From a virus: a stretch of DNA of 38,806 bases. How positions within the stretch are numbered: the first letter of the stretch is position 1; each line of letters begins with the position of its first letter. The notes below the pieces were generated by a model that was given only the letters and a program-made list of their open reading frames with translations, searched no databases and was not told where the DNA came from. Positions 1 through 7,478 of the stretch are shown here, one piece after another. The position numbers and the translations under genes are program-made. The DNA is taken from IMG/VR virus record IMGVR_UViG_3300029578_000027. One strand, given 5' to 3'.

Positions 1-99
1 CACGGCCAACCATGGAAAACAGGGTCTTCCACCGAGGCCGTCCGTCAGCGGTGTAGGTGCACATCCAAAGCGCCGTCAGGAATTGCTCCCACAGGAAAA
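1..99. repeat. Terminal direct repeat copy 1 (identical to 38708-38806); assembly overlap of a circular or permuted genome
   Basis: The same 99 nt (cacggccaaccatggaaaac...ctcccacaggaaaa) is read at both ends. It lies inside the terL coding frame, so it is not a physical end or an att site. Confidence 0.95.
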
Positions 100-292
100 G
101 GTCTTTATACGGAAAATAGCGGGACAAACTCAGGTACCGCCGAAGCTGCTCTGTATCCACCCGCAGATCTTCTGTCTCAAAGCACCGCCGGATATGCGCC
201 GCCAGGGCGTGCTGTTCCGGGCAGGCCCGGGGCTTATCTGCCTCCACTGCCTCCAGATACGCCGCAACCTCTGGCGGCAGCTTACAGCTCAT
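1..292 (-). CDS. terL: Terminase large subunit, N-terminal part (continues across the circular junction into 37329-38806)
   Basis: ATG at 292 overlaps the terS stop by 11 nt. The frame stays open to base 1 and joins in frame to ORF 37329-38771 through the 99-bp overlap (MSCKLPPEVAAYLEAVEADKPRACPEQH...WMCTYTADGRPRW). Confidence 0.85.
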   Translation of the reverse strand, partial: MSCKLPPEVAAYLEAVEADKPRACPEQHALAAHIRRCFETEDLRVDTEQLRRYLSLSRYFPYKDLFLWEQFLTALWMCTYTADGRPRWKTLFSMVGR

Positions 293-617
293 CGTCCATG
301 CCTCCCGGCACGTCCGATTTTGCGGCGGCGTCCTTAAAGCCCAGTGCCGTCCATACGGCCAACATTTGCCGGGCCACCTGAATTTCCAGAGACACGCTGC
401 GGTTTTCCGTAATGCGGCCCCGGTCATCTATCACGGAGAGACCGCGCTCAGCCACATCCGTCTGCAATTCCTGCCGCCGCACCCAGAAGTCCAGATACTC
501 GTCCACCTTGTCGGTGTACGCTTTTTCCAAAAGGCCTCTGGCTTCCAGATTATCTAACATAGACTTTTTCAGTTCCCGGTACTGTTTGGTTTTTCTCCAG
601 TCCTTTGCCTGCTCCAT
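282..617 (-). CDS. terS: Terminase small subunit (P27-like)
   Basis: Tracked ORF 282-650. The preferred start is ATG 617, preceded by GGGAGGAG. It sits immediately upstream of and overlaps terL. Sequence style (EQAKDWRKTKQYRELKKSMLDNLEARGL) resembles small terminases of HNH-associated cos phages. Confidence 0.75.
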   Translation of the reverse strand: MEQAKDWRKTKQYRELKKSMLDNLEARGLLEKAYTDKVDEYLDFWVRRQELQTDVAERGLSVIDDRGRITENRSVSLEIQVARQMLAVWTALGFKDAAAKSDVPGGMDDEL

Positions 618-739
618 AAAGCTCCTCCCGCTTCTTTCCGTCCGGCGCACACGGCGGCTCTCGCATGGCAGCCAGAGCCGCCAACAGGAGGATTAAACCC
701 GCTGCGGCGCAAGCGCCGCCGTGCACACCGGAAGTATGT

Positions 740-752
740 GTCCGAATCGGAC
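740..752. repeat. Dispersed palindrome copy 1, GTCCGAATCGGAC
   Basis: Perfect 13-mer in the non-coding region between the HNH gene and terS. Confidence 0.95.
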
Positions 753-1000
753 CGTGCCGCCCCACCGCGTCTACGTCAATACCCCGCGCATCCAGCGCAG
801 ACCTTCGGCGCAGGCAGGGCGGCAACTCCGGCCCATGACCCGGCCTCCGTGGTAGGTCACGGAGACCGGAAGGGAAGAAAGAGTGAAGCCGGCACAGGGG
901 CCGGGTCACAAGCCGGGTCGTGTTTTTTCATCAGCCAAAATCAGGCCTGGGCTCTACCGGACTCTGATAGCTCCAGCTGGACGCCTTCGGCAACCGAATC

Positions 1001-1140
1001 CCCTTCTGTGCCCTTTAGCCCGGCAGCATGTGTCCAAATCAGACCATCCTCCGTTTCTGTGCCCTTGCACCCGACAGCATGTCTCCAAATCGGTCCATCC
1101 ACTGCTTCTGTGCCCTTGAAACCGGCAGAATCATTTCCGC
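1001..1140. repeat. Tandem repeats with 51-bp period in the non-coding cos-like region
   Basis: TTCTGTGCCCTT occurs at 1004, 1055 and 1106. Units 1 and 2 also share CAGCATGTSTCCAAATCRGWCCATCC, containing degenerate palindrome copies at 1032-1044 and 1083-1095. Confidence 0.85.
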
Positions 1141-1250
1141 GCCCGCGCCGCCTGCGCGTCACGGCGCCGCGCACGCCCGTCGGCCCCTCTTTTGTCCTGG
1201 ACCCACCCGATTAGCAGCGAAAGGGTCAAAGCCGTTTTTCTCAAGGGGGG

Positions 1251-1622
1251 TCAATCCCACCGCTCAGCAGTGATTGGCAAGGCTTTCGGCTGAAATTGCC
1301 GCTGGCTCTCTGGATGCTCCAGCTCGTGGCATTGCTTGCACAGCGTCTCAAGCTGACGTTGGCCCGTATCCGGGTCAAACACGCTCAAAGCCAGGTCAGG
1401 CCGCTGCCGAAGGTGCTTGACGTGATGCACGATGTACCCCTTGCGGTAACGCCCAGCCGCCTTGCAGTGCTGGCACTCGTACCGATCCAGCCGGAGGACT
1501 TCCAGCCGCAGTGCCCTCCACTCAGGCCAAGAATAAAATTTATACTCATGGCCCGCCGCCAGCAGTGAGATCAGCTCCTGAAGTCTTGCGCCAGAGATAC
1601 CGGCACCGGCCATCTGTTCCAC
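1251..1622 (-). CDS. HNH endonuclease (packaging-associated type)
   Basis: Motifs CQHC...HHVKH...CKQCHELEH. GTG start at 1622 lies 8 nt after GGAGGT. Its position upstream of terS is typical of cos phages that use HNH plus terminase. Confidence 0.85.
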   Translation of the reverse strand: MEQMAGAGISGARLQELISLLAAGHEYKFYSWPEWRALRLEVLRLDRYECQHCKAAGRYRKGYIVHHVKHLRQRPDLALSVFDPDTGQRQLETLCKQCHELEHPESQRQFQPKALPITAERWD

Positions 1623-1640
1623 GGGCTATCACCTCCGGGC

Positions 1641-1695
1641 AAAAACAAAAGCCGATGCCAATACCCGCCGCAACGGCGGAGCATTAGCACCGGCT
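1641..1695 (-). terminator. Intrinsic terminator T1 (minus strand)
   Basis: A 15-bp outer stem (1650-1664 with 1681-1695) contains three G-U pairs only in the minus-strand RNA; these are C-A mismatches on the plus strand. Inner hairpin CCGCCG-TTG-CGGCGG. The U-run is encoded by aaaaacaaaa at 1641-1650. Confidence 0.7.
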
Positions 1696-1720
1696 ACAAG
1701 AGCACAGGCCAAAAACAATG

Positions 1721-1772
1721 CAAAACAAAAACCGGCACCGATGCCCCCAACGCTGGGGATCATCGGCACCGG
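1721..1772 (-). terminator. Intrinsic terminator T2 (minus strand)
   Basis: A 12-bp stem (1732-1743 with 1761-1772) has two G-U pairs only in the minus-strand RNA. Inner 5-bp stem at 1745-1758. Followed on the minus strand by TTTTTGTTTTG. Confidence 0.7.
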
Positions 1773-1960
1773 CTAATCATCGAGCACTGGCCACGGTCAA
1801 TTTTCACAAGATGGATCGCTTTGCAGTTTCGGCACCAGAGCTGGAGATTATCCGCCACGGTGTCCGGTCTGATTGCCTGACTGGTCTTGTGTCGGCAGAC
1901 CGGGCAAACTGCATATCCATCCTTTATGGCAAGTTTATCACCTTTTCTAATTGTTTGCAA
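1760..1960 (-). CDS. Cysteine-rich KTR-type small zinc-ribbon protein
   Basis: CPVCRHKT...LWCRNCK pattern in about 66 aa. TTG start is preceded by GAGGG. Confidence 0.6.
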   Translation of the reverse strand: MQTIRKGDKLAIKDGYAVCPVCRHKTSQAIRPDTVADNLQLWCRNCKAIHLVKIDRGQCSMISRCR

Positions 1961-2021
1961 GGCTTTTCCCTCACTTTCTTGCGGTTGTCCGTAGATATTC
2001 CGTAGGTTTCAAGAGGATACG

Positions 2022-2035
2022 CTATCTATAGATAG
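2022..2035. repeat. Perfect 14-nt palindrome CTATCTATAGATAG in an AT-rich gap
   Basis: Read directly. It lies in the only strongly AT-rich intergenic stretch (about 2005-2068), just downstream of the HUH Rep-like gene. Confidence 0.8.
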
Positions 2036-2068
2036 ATAATACTAAACTTTGTTATTAAAATAAAAGCG

Positions 2069-2773
2069 CTATTTCTCAGGCAGCAGATACCGGCTGTAGC
2101 CGTACAGCCCCCACCCGCCCAGCTGAGGACGGTCACGGCCCTGCATGGGCAGCGGCGTGGCGCCCTTGGGCAGCCGCACCATGCCGCTCTTGCAGGTGGT
2201 CACTTCCGGAGGCGGAAGGTACTTACTCAGCGCTCGGGAGCAGCCCCACGGGTGGCGGCCCACCTCCGGGACCTCCTTGGTGAAATAGATCGCCAGCCCA
2301 CGGTAGCCGCCCTCTGACAGCACCCGCGCCCGGTCCCAGCGCACGTCGTAGGCATTACCCCAGGTCCAGAGGTATTGCACCACGGCAGGTGGGAAATCTT
2401 GGTCACGCAAAAATGCGTGGATGTGGTAGCGGTGGTCACCGTGTAAGCCCTCCATCCGGTAAATGTAGAAATCTACAGGCTTGCGGCTCCATCTCCGGAG
2501 CCGCTTGAGGAAGGCATCCCACACGCGCTCTACACCGGCCCAGTTAGCCGGAAGATGGGCATTGTCAAAGTTGAGGCTGTAAAAAATGCCGTCGTAGCCA
2601 AACAACGCCAGGCGCAGCTCCAGCTTGTCCAGGCTGGTGCGGCTGAGGGCCGGCCCGCACCGGCCCCGCACCGCATCCGGTCCGTAGCGACGGAGATATC
2701 CGTAGTTGTCCGTCACCAGCGCCTTGACCAACGGCCCCGCCCGCTGCCGGACGCACACAAACGGATCAGCCAT
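2069..2773 (-). CDS. HUH-superfamily Rep-like endonuclease (rolling-circle initiator type)
   Basis: Three ordered motifs: FYSLNF (motif I-like), HRYHIHAFL (HUH) and AIYFTKE (YxxK catalytic Tyr). Confidence 0.6.
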   Translation of the reverse strand: MADPFVCVRQRAGPLVKALVTDNYGYLRRYGPDAVRGRCGPALSRTSLDKLELRLALFGYDGIFYSLNFDNAHLPANWAGVERVWDAFLKRLRRWSRKPVDFYIYRMEGLHGDHRYHIHAFLRDQDFPPAVVQYLWTWGNAYDVRWDRARVLSEGGYRGLAIYFTKEVPEVGRHPWGCSRALSKYLPPPEVTTCKSGMVRLPKGATPLPMQGRDRPQLGGWGLYGYSRYLLPEK

Positions 2774-2776
2774 ACC

Positions 2777-3115
2777 TTACCTCCCGTATTTGATCTTTTT
2801 CGCGTTTGGATACCGATCCGGGAACCGGATCAGCTCTGCCTTCCCGCTGATAATCTCCGCAAGCACACGGTCCATGTGTTCCTGGCGCACGTCCGCCTCC
2901 GGGTTCCGGCAGTCCAGTGCCGGTTTGTACTCCCGCTGGACGGCAATCCAGTTATGGGTGATCCGCATGATCCGGTCATAGCCCCAGCCCTCCGTCTGGT
3001 GGAGGGCCATCTGGAGCGTGTCCATGGCGAACTGCATCGCCATCGCCGCCCCGGCGTTGAAGGTGGCATCCAGCTCCGCCTCCCGGCGTTGCAAGTATCC
3101 CGACTGTTTAGCCAT
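2777..3115 (-). CDS. Hypothetical early protein
   Basis: Tracked ORF 2777-3211. The likely start is ATG 3115, overlapping the upstream stop. Part of a tightly packed co-directional operon. Confidence 0.6.
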   Translation of the reverse strand: MAKQSGYLQRREAELDATFNAGAAMAMQFAMDTLQMALHQTEGWGYDRIMRITHNWIAVQREYKPALDCRNPEADVRQEHMDRVLAEIISGKAELIRFPDRYPNAKKIKYGR

Positions 3116-3377
3116 CCCCGCCGTCCTTTCTCTCGCCGTGACTGCAAAAGCCTTCATTTGGCATGGCACAATTAAACAGTCCGCAGCCGCCGATCTCTCC
3201 GATTTCCTCACCCATGTCCTTGTATATCCGATGCTTGCAGTCCTTGCACCGCGTCACGATCACGGCATCCACGGTGGGAATGCTATCGACCAGATCAAGG
3301 ATTGTATCCTCGTCAACGGAAGATAGGGACGCATCCATAAGGGCCAGAATAAATTTATCGGCGTCAATCGTCCGCAT
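3108..3377 (-). CDS. Hypothetical Cys-containing early protein
   Basis: ATG 3377 is preceded by GGAGGTG. The motif VTRCKDCKH...GFCSHGERK is common in Firmicutes phage early regions. Confidence 0.6.
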   Translation of the reverse strand: MRTIDADKFILALMDASLSSVDEDTILDLVDSIPTVDAVIVTRCKDCKHRIYKDMGEEIGEIGGCGLFNCAMPNEGFCSHGERKDGGDG

Positions 3378-3594
3378 GGTCAGCACCTCCAAATTCCGCC
3401 TCGTACTGTTCCGGCGTGATAATCTCAATGTCCTTTGCGGAGTAGCCCAAGGTGTCGAGGCATATCAGCTTCGCCAGTTTGTCTTTGTCAAGGGCCGCCG
3501 CAGCGTCCTCATAGGATACGCCTGGTTTTGCCTCAAAGCTGATTTGAGCGCCAAACGCCCCAGCCACGCTAAAGCAGATTTTGTATTCAGCCAT
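3364..3594 (-). CDS. Hypothetical early protein
   Basis: ATG 3594 is preceded by GGAGGG and overlaps its neighbours. Confidence 0.55.
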   Translation of the reverse strand: MAEYKICFSVAGAFGAQISFEAKPGVSYEDAAAALDKDKLAKLICLDTLGYSAKDIEIITPEQYEAEFGGADHADD

Positions 3595-3823
3595 TATCAG
3601 CCCTCCTGTTCCATTTTTCAGCATACTCTCCCGGATAACCCGTTTCCGGATTTGCGTCTCCAGCCCCTAAAACAAAAGGCTGATTTATGTCGTTAAGGAC
3701 ACAATCTGTATCATCGTGCATCCAGTATTGCTTAATGATGCGCTTTCCGAAACGATTCACATAGTTCTCCCGGTAAAAGTTCAGTTTACCGCCGCAGAAC
3801 GGGCACGGTTTTAGGTCATCCAT
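3587..3823 (-). CDS. Lar-family restriction-alleviation-like protein
   Basis: N-terminal KPCPFCGG zinc ribbon and C-terminal AEKWNRRA motif are characteristic of the Lar family. Confidence 0.65.
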   Translation of the reverse strand: MDDLKPCPFCGGKLNFYRENYVNRFGKRIIKQYWMHDDTDCVLNDINQPFVLGAGDANPETGYPGEYAEKWNRRADNG

Positions 3824-4388
3824 CCTTCATCGCCTCCACATAGCACCAGCTCTGGGGCGGTCGCTTGATGTCACCGCCCAATTTTTTGCAGTCTGTGCAT
3901 TCCCATGTGTATTCTGCATGGCAAGAATCGCACGGGTCAGTTGCACGCCGGAACTCGCTTAGTTCCCGCAGCTGGGCATAGATCAGCAGGTCGGAGATGT
4001 GCCAGCCGTAGCCCTGGCAATTGCCAAGATAGCCGTGCAACTCATCGTCTGTCATAGCCACACACAGGCCACACTTTTCTTCGGCCGCATGCTTGTAAAC
4101 GGATAGGCCCCCGGCCTTAAAAAGAAAATCCGTACTATCCTTGTCAATCTTGTAAATCCGGTCACAGGTAAACTCCCCAATGACCTTGCCGCCGCCGTAA
4201 AACTGTGGCCTTGGATAGTCCGTCGCAATGAAGTCCTCGTGCGGATATTTTGGCAGCGTGCAGTAGATGTAACATTTGAACGGCGTGTCCAGCTTCGGCC
4301 TGGTCTTTCGGACTTCGATGGTCTTTTTGCCGTTGGCGATCTTCTCGCACCACTTCGGGAGGATGCTCAGCATAACAGCCTTACTCAT
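3816..4388 (-). CDS. ASCH (PUA-like) domain protein with Cys-rich C-terminus
   Basis: N-terminus SILPKWCEKIANGKKTIEVRKTRP...YIYCT matches the ASCH pattern. Confidence 0.6.
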   Translation of the reverse strand: MSKAVMLSILPKWCEKIANGKKTIEVRKTRPKLDTPFKCYIYCTLPKYPHEDFIATDYPRPQFYGGGKVIGEFTCDRIYKIDKDSTDFLFKAGGLSVYKHAAEEKCGLCVAMTDDELHGYLGNCQGYGWHISDLLIYAQLRELSEFRRATDPCDSCHAEYTWECTDCKKLGGDIKRPPQSWCYVEAMKDG

Positions 4389-4416
4389 CCTTCATTTCCT
4401 CCATTCTGAGCCTCGC

Positions 4417-4683
4417 TCACGGCTTTCCCTCCCATGGTGTCTCAAGCCATTTTTTGATTTCCTTCCAGGTTCCGGGCATAGTTGAAATGCCAGCAATGTA
4501 TTTCATTTCTGCATCGCTCCGAAATTTGGAAAAGAGGCCTATCAATTCATTGTCCGTCATGCTTCGGATCCGATCGGCGATGGTAACGGGCCATGTGCGA
4601 TACGGGCACTTTTCGATTGCGGCGCAGTTTTCAAAGTCATAGCCCATCTGCATGGGGCAGTTTTCACCGGTGCATTTTTTCAT
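4417..4683 (-). CDS. Hypothetical early protein
   Basis: ATG 4683 is preceded by GGAGGG and forms an ATGA overlap with the upstream stop. Confidence 0.55.
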   Translation of the reverse strand: MKKCTGENCPMQMGYDFENCAAIEKCPYRTWPVTIADRIRSMTDNELIGLFSKFRSDAEMKYIAGISTMPGTWKEIKKWLETPWEGKP

Positions 4684-5084
4684 AGGTTTCCCTCCTTCGG
4701 CGGTTCCGGCAGCGGCATCCACGCCAAAGCACGAGCATTTATTCCATTGGCAACTTCACCGCCCCAGCTCCCGTTGTTTTGATATCCGAGTGCATAATTT
4801 ACAAACATTCCATTAAAGTCTCCATAGCGGAAATACTCACCCCAACACAGCACTTTCCGAAAATTCTCCGGTAGCCGTTCCTCCACCGGGATCCAGTGGG
4901 GCACCTGCCCCCGCAGCTTCTCAATTTCCTGCTGGAGCGCCGCGATGTGTGCGTTTTGATTCTCCAGCCGGTCAGCGGCTGCAAACAGGTCTTTTTCCAG
5001 CCCTCCCAGCGGATCCATCATGTCCCCATTTTCCCACCAATCTGCGTGTTCCCGCAGCTTATTTACGAGTTCTTGATCTCTCAA
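4680..5084 (-). CDS. DUF551-like domain protein with N-terminal coiled coil
   Basis: C-terminal half WIPVEERLPE...ALAWMPLPEPPKE matches the DUF551 signature. Confidence 0.6.
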   Translation of the reverse strand: MRDQELVNKLREHADWWENGDMMDPLGGLEKDLFAAADRLENQNAHIAALQQEIEKLRGQVPHWIPVEERLPENFRKVLCWGEYFRYGDFNGMFVNYALGYQNNGSWGGEVANGINARALAWMPLPEPPKEGNL

Positions 5085-5488
5085 AACGGCAGATCTCCTT
5101 CCTCATCCTCCGGGATCTCCCGGAAGTCCCCGGACGCAGGCGGTGCGGACGCTGTGTCCGATTCGGACCGCTTGCTGTCTCCAAAATACACATGCTCCGC
5201 CACCACCTCGGCGGAGCGCCGCTTGCCGCCGTCCTTGTCGGTCCAGTCCCGGAGCTGCAAGCGGCCCTCCACCACGGCCATGCGGCCCTTGGTAAAAAAC
5301 TTGTTCACGAAGTCCGCCGTGGAGCGCCACGCCACGATGTCCACGAAATCCGTCTCCTTCTCGCCGGACTGGCCCTTGTAGTCCCGGTCAACAGCCAGAG
5401 AGAAAGACGCCACGGCGGTTCCGTTTCCGGTGTGCCGCAGCTCAGGGTCGCGGGTCAGACGGCCCATCAGTACGATATGATTCAGCAT
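5081..5488 (-). CDS. ssb: Single-stranded DNA-binding protein
   Basis: OB-fold N-terminus MLNHIVLMGRLTRDPELRHT, and an acidic tail ending DEEGDLPF. Confidence 0.92.
   Translation of the reverse strand: MLNHIVLMGRLTRDPELRHTGNGTAVASFSLAVDRDYKGQSGEKETDFVDIVAWRSTADFVNKFFTKGRMAVVEGRLQLRDWTDKDGGKRRSAEVVAEHVYFGDSKRSESDTASAPPASGDFREIPEDEEGDLPF
5156..5168. repeat. Dispersed palindrome copy 2, GTCCGATTCGGAC
   Basis: Perfect 13-mer inside the disordered C-terminal linker of ssb, read as SESD. Confidence 0.95.
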
Positions 5489-5694
5489 GATTTCTCCTTT
5501 TTCCAGCGGCCCGGCATATAGCGTCGCCGCCGATCTTTGATGTATTCCGCCATGTCCTCCCGCTCCTTGTGGGACGGCATGGCCGCCAGCTCTGCCCTAT
5601 GGATCTCCTCATAGGCCGCCCACCGGGGGCAGACCGCCGGATCGTGACATCCGATCCGGCGATCCGGGCAGTTTAGGCACGGAGGCGCGGTCAT
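5482..5694 (-). CDS. Small Cys-rich protein
   Basis: CLNCPDRRIGCHDPAVCPRW. ATGA coupling at both ends. Confidence 0.55.
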   Translation of the reverse strand: MTAPPCLNCPDRRIGCHDPAVCPRWAAYEEIHRAELAAMPSHKEREDMAEYIKDRRRRYMPGRWKKEKSC

Positions 5695-5810
5695 AGGGCC
5701 ATGCCCTTAGCCGCTACCGTCAGAAGGATCACGGCGGCCACGGCGGCCGCCAGAGTCAGCACCGGGAGGACCCGGCTTCTGCGCTTCTCGCGCCCTGTGT
5801 ATCGGATCAT
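5691..5810 (-). CDS. Small membrane peptide (39 aa)
   Basis: Below the ORF-track cutoff. Encodes MIRYTGREKRRSRVLPVLTLAAAVAAVILLTVAAKGMAL. ATGA overlaps with both neighbouring genes suggest translational coupling. Confidence 0.45.
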   Translation of the reverse strand: MIRYTGREKRRSRVLPVLTLAAAVAAVILLTVAAKGMAL

Positions 5811-6067
5811 GAGCCACCGCCTTTTGTGTCCAAGTCCATCACTTTTGCATTTTTGACTGCGTTAGCCTCCCAAAATTGTGGGTCCGTTGCCATGCGCTCT
5901 ATAGATTTTGCAAATAAGCGTGCAAATGTGGGGTGATTACGCTCAAGGCCCATATATATGCCTCGCAGCATATACCCAGTCTCAGCGATGATTTGTACAG
6001 GGTCCCCGCGCATATCGATCTCGCACGGACACTTATCACCTTGCAATTTTACCGTTACTTTAATCAT
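5807..6067 (-). CDS. Hypothetical early protein
   Basis: ATG 6067 overlaps the ParB stop. The tracked ORF 5807-6139 has a non-credible N-terminal extension. Confidence 0.55.
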   Translation of the reverse strand: MIKVTVKLQGDKCPCEIDMRGDPVQIIAETGYMLRGIYMGLERNHPTFARLFAKSIERMATDPQFWEANAVKNAKVMDLDTKGGGS

Positions 6068-7478
6068 TTCCGTCTCCTTTCCCTGCCGCTGGGACAGGCG
6101 GCAGCCGCATCCACCAGGCCACGGGGGCCTGTGCCTCAATGCCGCCCGGCATCATCCAGTGTTGGCCATCCCAGTCAAAAAACCGTTTCACAAGTTTTCC
6201 GTCGCCCAGGTCCACATAGGCCGCGAACTCTCCCGGCTCCGCCGGGTTGGTGCTGCCGGGCATCCATCCGGCGATCATCAGCTGGCCCTCCGGCAGCGCC
6301 GGCGGCGTAGGATCGTCCGTCAGGCCGTAGAGGTAGTCCGTACTGACGCCGAAGCACAGCGCCAGCTTGGCGATTTTCTCAGATCCGCACATGGAGGCGT
6401 TCTCGCACGCGCTGTATGTCCCCGGGAATTCGTCAATGCTCTGAGCAAATTCCTTCCGGCTCATGCCGGTCTGGATCCGCAGCTCCTTCACCCGCTGGCA
6501 GAAGGTGGGAACCATCACCTTGTAGTCCAGTCGGGGGTCCTTCACCGCCGGATTCACGGCCGGGGCTTCCGGCTCCTCCACCGGCTTTTTCTCCACATAC
6601 TGGCAGGCCGCCGGGCAGGTGTCCCGGTCCAGACAGTTCAGGCAGCAGTTGGAACCGTGCCACTCGCCGTATCGGTAGTCATGGTCATACATCCGCTCCG
6701 CGTTCTCGCACATCCGGCCGGTGTGCTCACAGCTCCGGCAAGCCATTGTATAGCAGGTAAAGAACTTCCGCACCTCGTTGATAGTGAGGCTCCGTCTCTT
6801 GTCGATGATCCAGTCCAGCAGCCGGTACTGCTCGTCAATGTCCATCCGGGCGATCTGCAAGGCCGCCGCCTCCGGGATCTCGTCCCGCTTCCATCGATCC
6901 ACCAGTCCCGGCACCTTGAGACCGTTCTTGATGGCCGACAGGTTAGCAACCTTGGTGGCCTTGACTTGCAGGGCCTCCGCCACATAGTCCCGGATGCGGC
7001 CCGGAAGCTGCTCACCGGCCTCCCGGCGCTTGATGTAGGCCTCCGTCAGACGCGCCGCCTCCTCGGCCAGCAGGGCATTGGACTTCACCCGCTGGCGGTT
7101 GGCCTCGATCACCGCCGCCTGCTCCTGCCCCTCCGACATTGGGGGCAGCACCCGGCACAGGATCTTGGCAAATCGCGCCCAGTCCTCCTCGGTGCCGTCC
7201 TCCCACATGCTTCGGATCGCCGCCAAACGGCTGTGGCCGGAGATCAGGCGATAGGTGCCGTCACCGGCAGGGACCACCGTAGGAGGCTCCAGCAAGCCGT
7301 TGGCCCGGATGGAGTCCGCCAGCGCCCGCAGTGCTTGAGGGTCGGGCGTCGGGTAGAAGTTCCGGGGATTGTCCCGGATATCGTCGATGGGAATCTCCAG
7401 CATGGTGTCCGCCACACCGGCCAGCTGCTCACCCAGCACGTCCATCACGTTAAATTTCCGCTTTTCCATCCTCAGCAC
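6060..7478 (-). CDS. parB: ParB/Srx N-terminal domain protein fused to a Cys-rich segment, an XRE-type HTH and a DUF551-like C-terminus
   Basis: IRDNPRNFY...LLEPPTVVP...YRLISGHSRLAAI is the ParB-N box. A ten-Cys block lies around CRSCEHTGRMC...CCLNCLDRDTCPAAC. HTH segment MSRKEFAQSIDEF...STDYLYGLTDD. C-terminal end is VAWWMRLPPVP. Overlaps the parA stop. Confidence 0.75.
   Translation of the reverse strand: MLRMEKRKFNVMDVLGEQLAGVADTMLEIPIDDIRDNPRNFYPTPDPQALRALADSIRANGLLEPPTVVPAGDGTYRLISGHSRLAAIRSMWEDGTEEDWARFAKILCRVLPPMSEGQEQAAVIEANRQRVKSNALLAEEAARLTEAYIKRREAGEQLPGRIRDYVAEALQVKATKVANLSAIKNGLKVPGLVDRWKRDEIPEAAALQIARMDIDEQYRLLDWIIDKRRSLTINEVRKFFTCYTMACRSCEHTGRMCENAERMYDHDYRYGEWHGSNCCLNCLDRDTCPAACQYVEKKPVEEPEAPAVNPAVKDPRLDYKVMVPTFCQRVKELRIQTGMSRKEFAQSIDEFPGTYSACENASMCGSEKIAKLALCFGVSTDYLYGLTDDPTPPALPEGQLMIAGWMPGSTNPAEPGEFAAYVDLGDGKLVKRFFDWDGQHWMMPGGIEAQAPVAWWMRLPPVPAAGKGDGND

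Noticed and set aside
738-1214. Plus-strand and minus-strand ORFs (158, 119, 81, 78 and 77 aa) across the HNH-terS gap
   Set aside because: They overlap one another in several frames, are Pro/Arg/Ala-rich and have no RBS. The region is better explained as a non-coding cos/repeat region.
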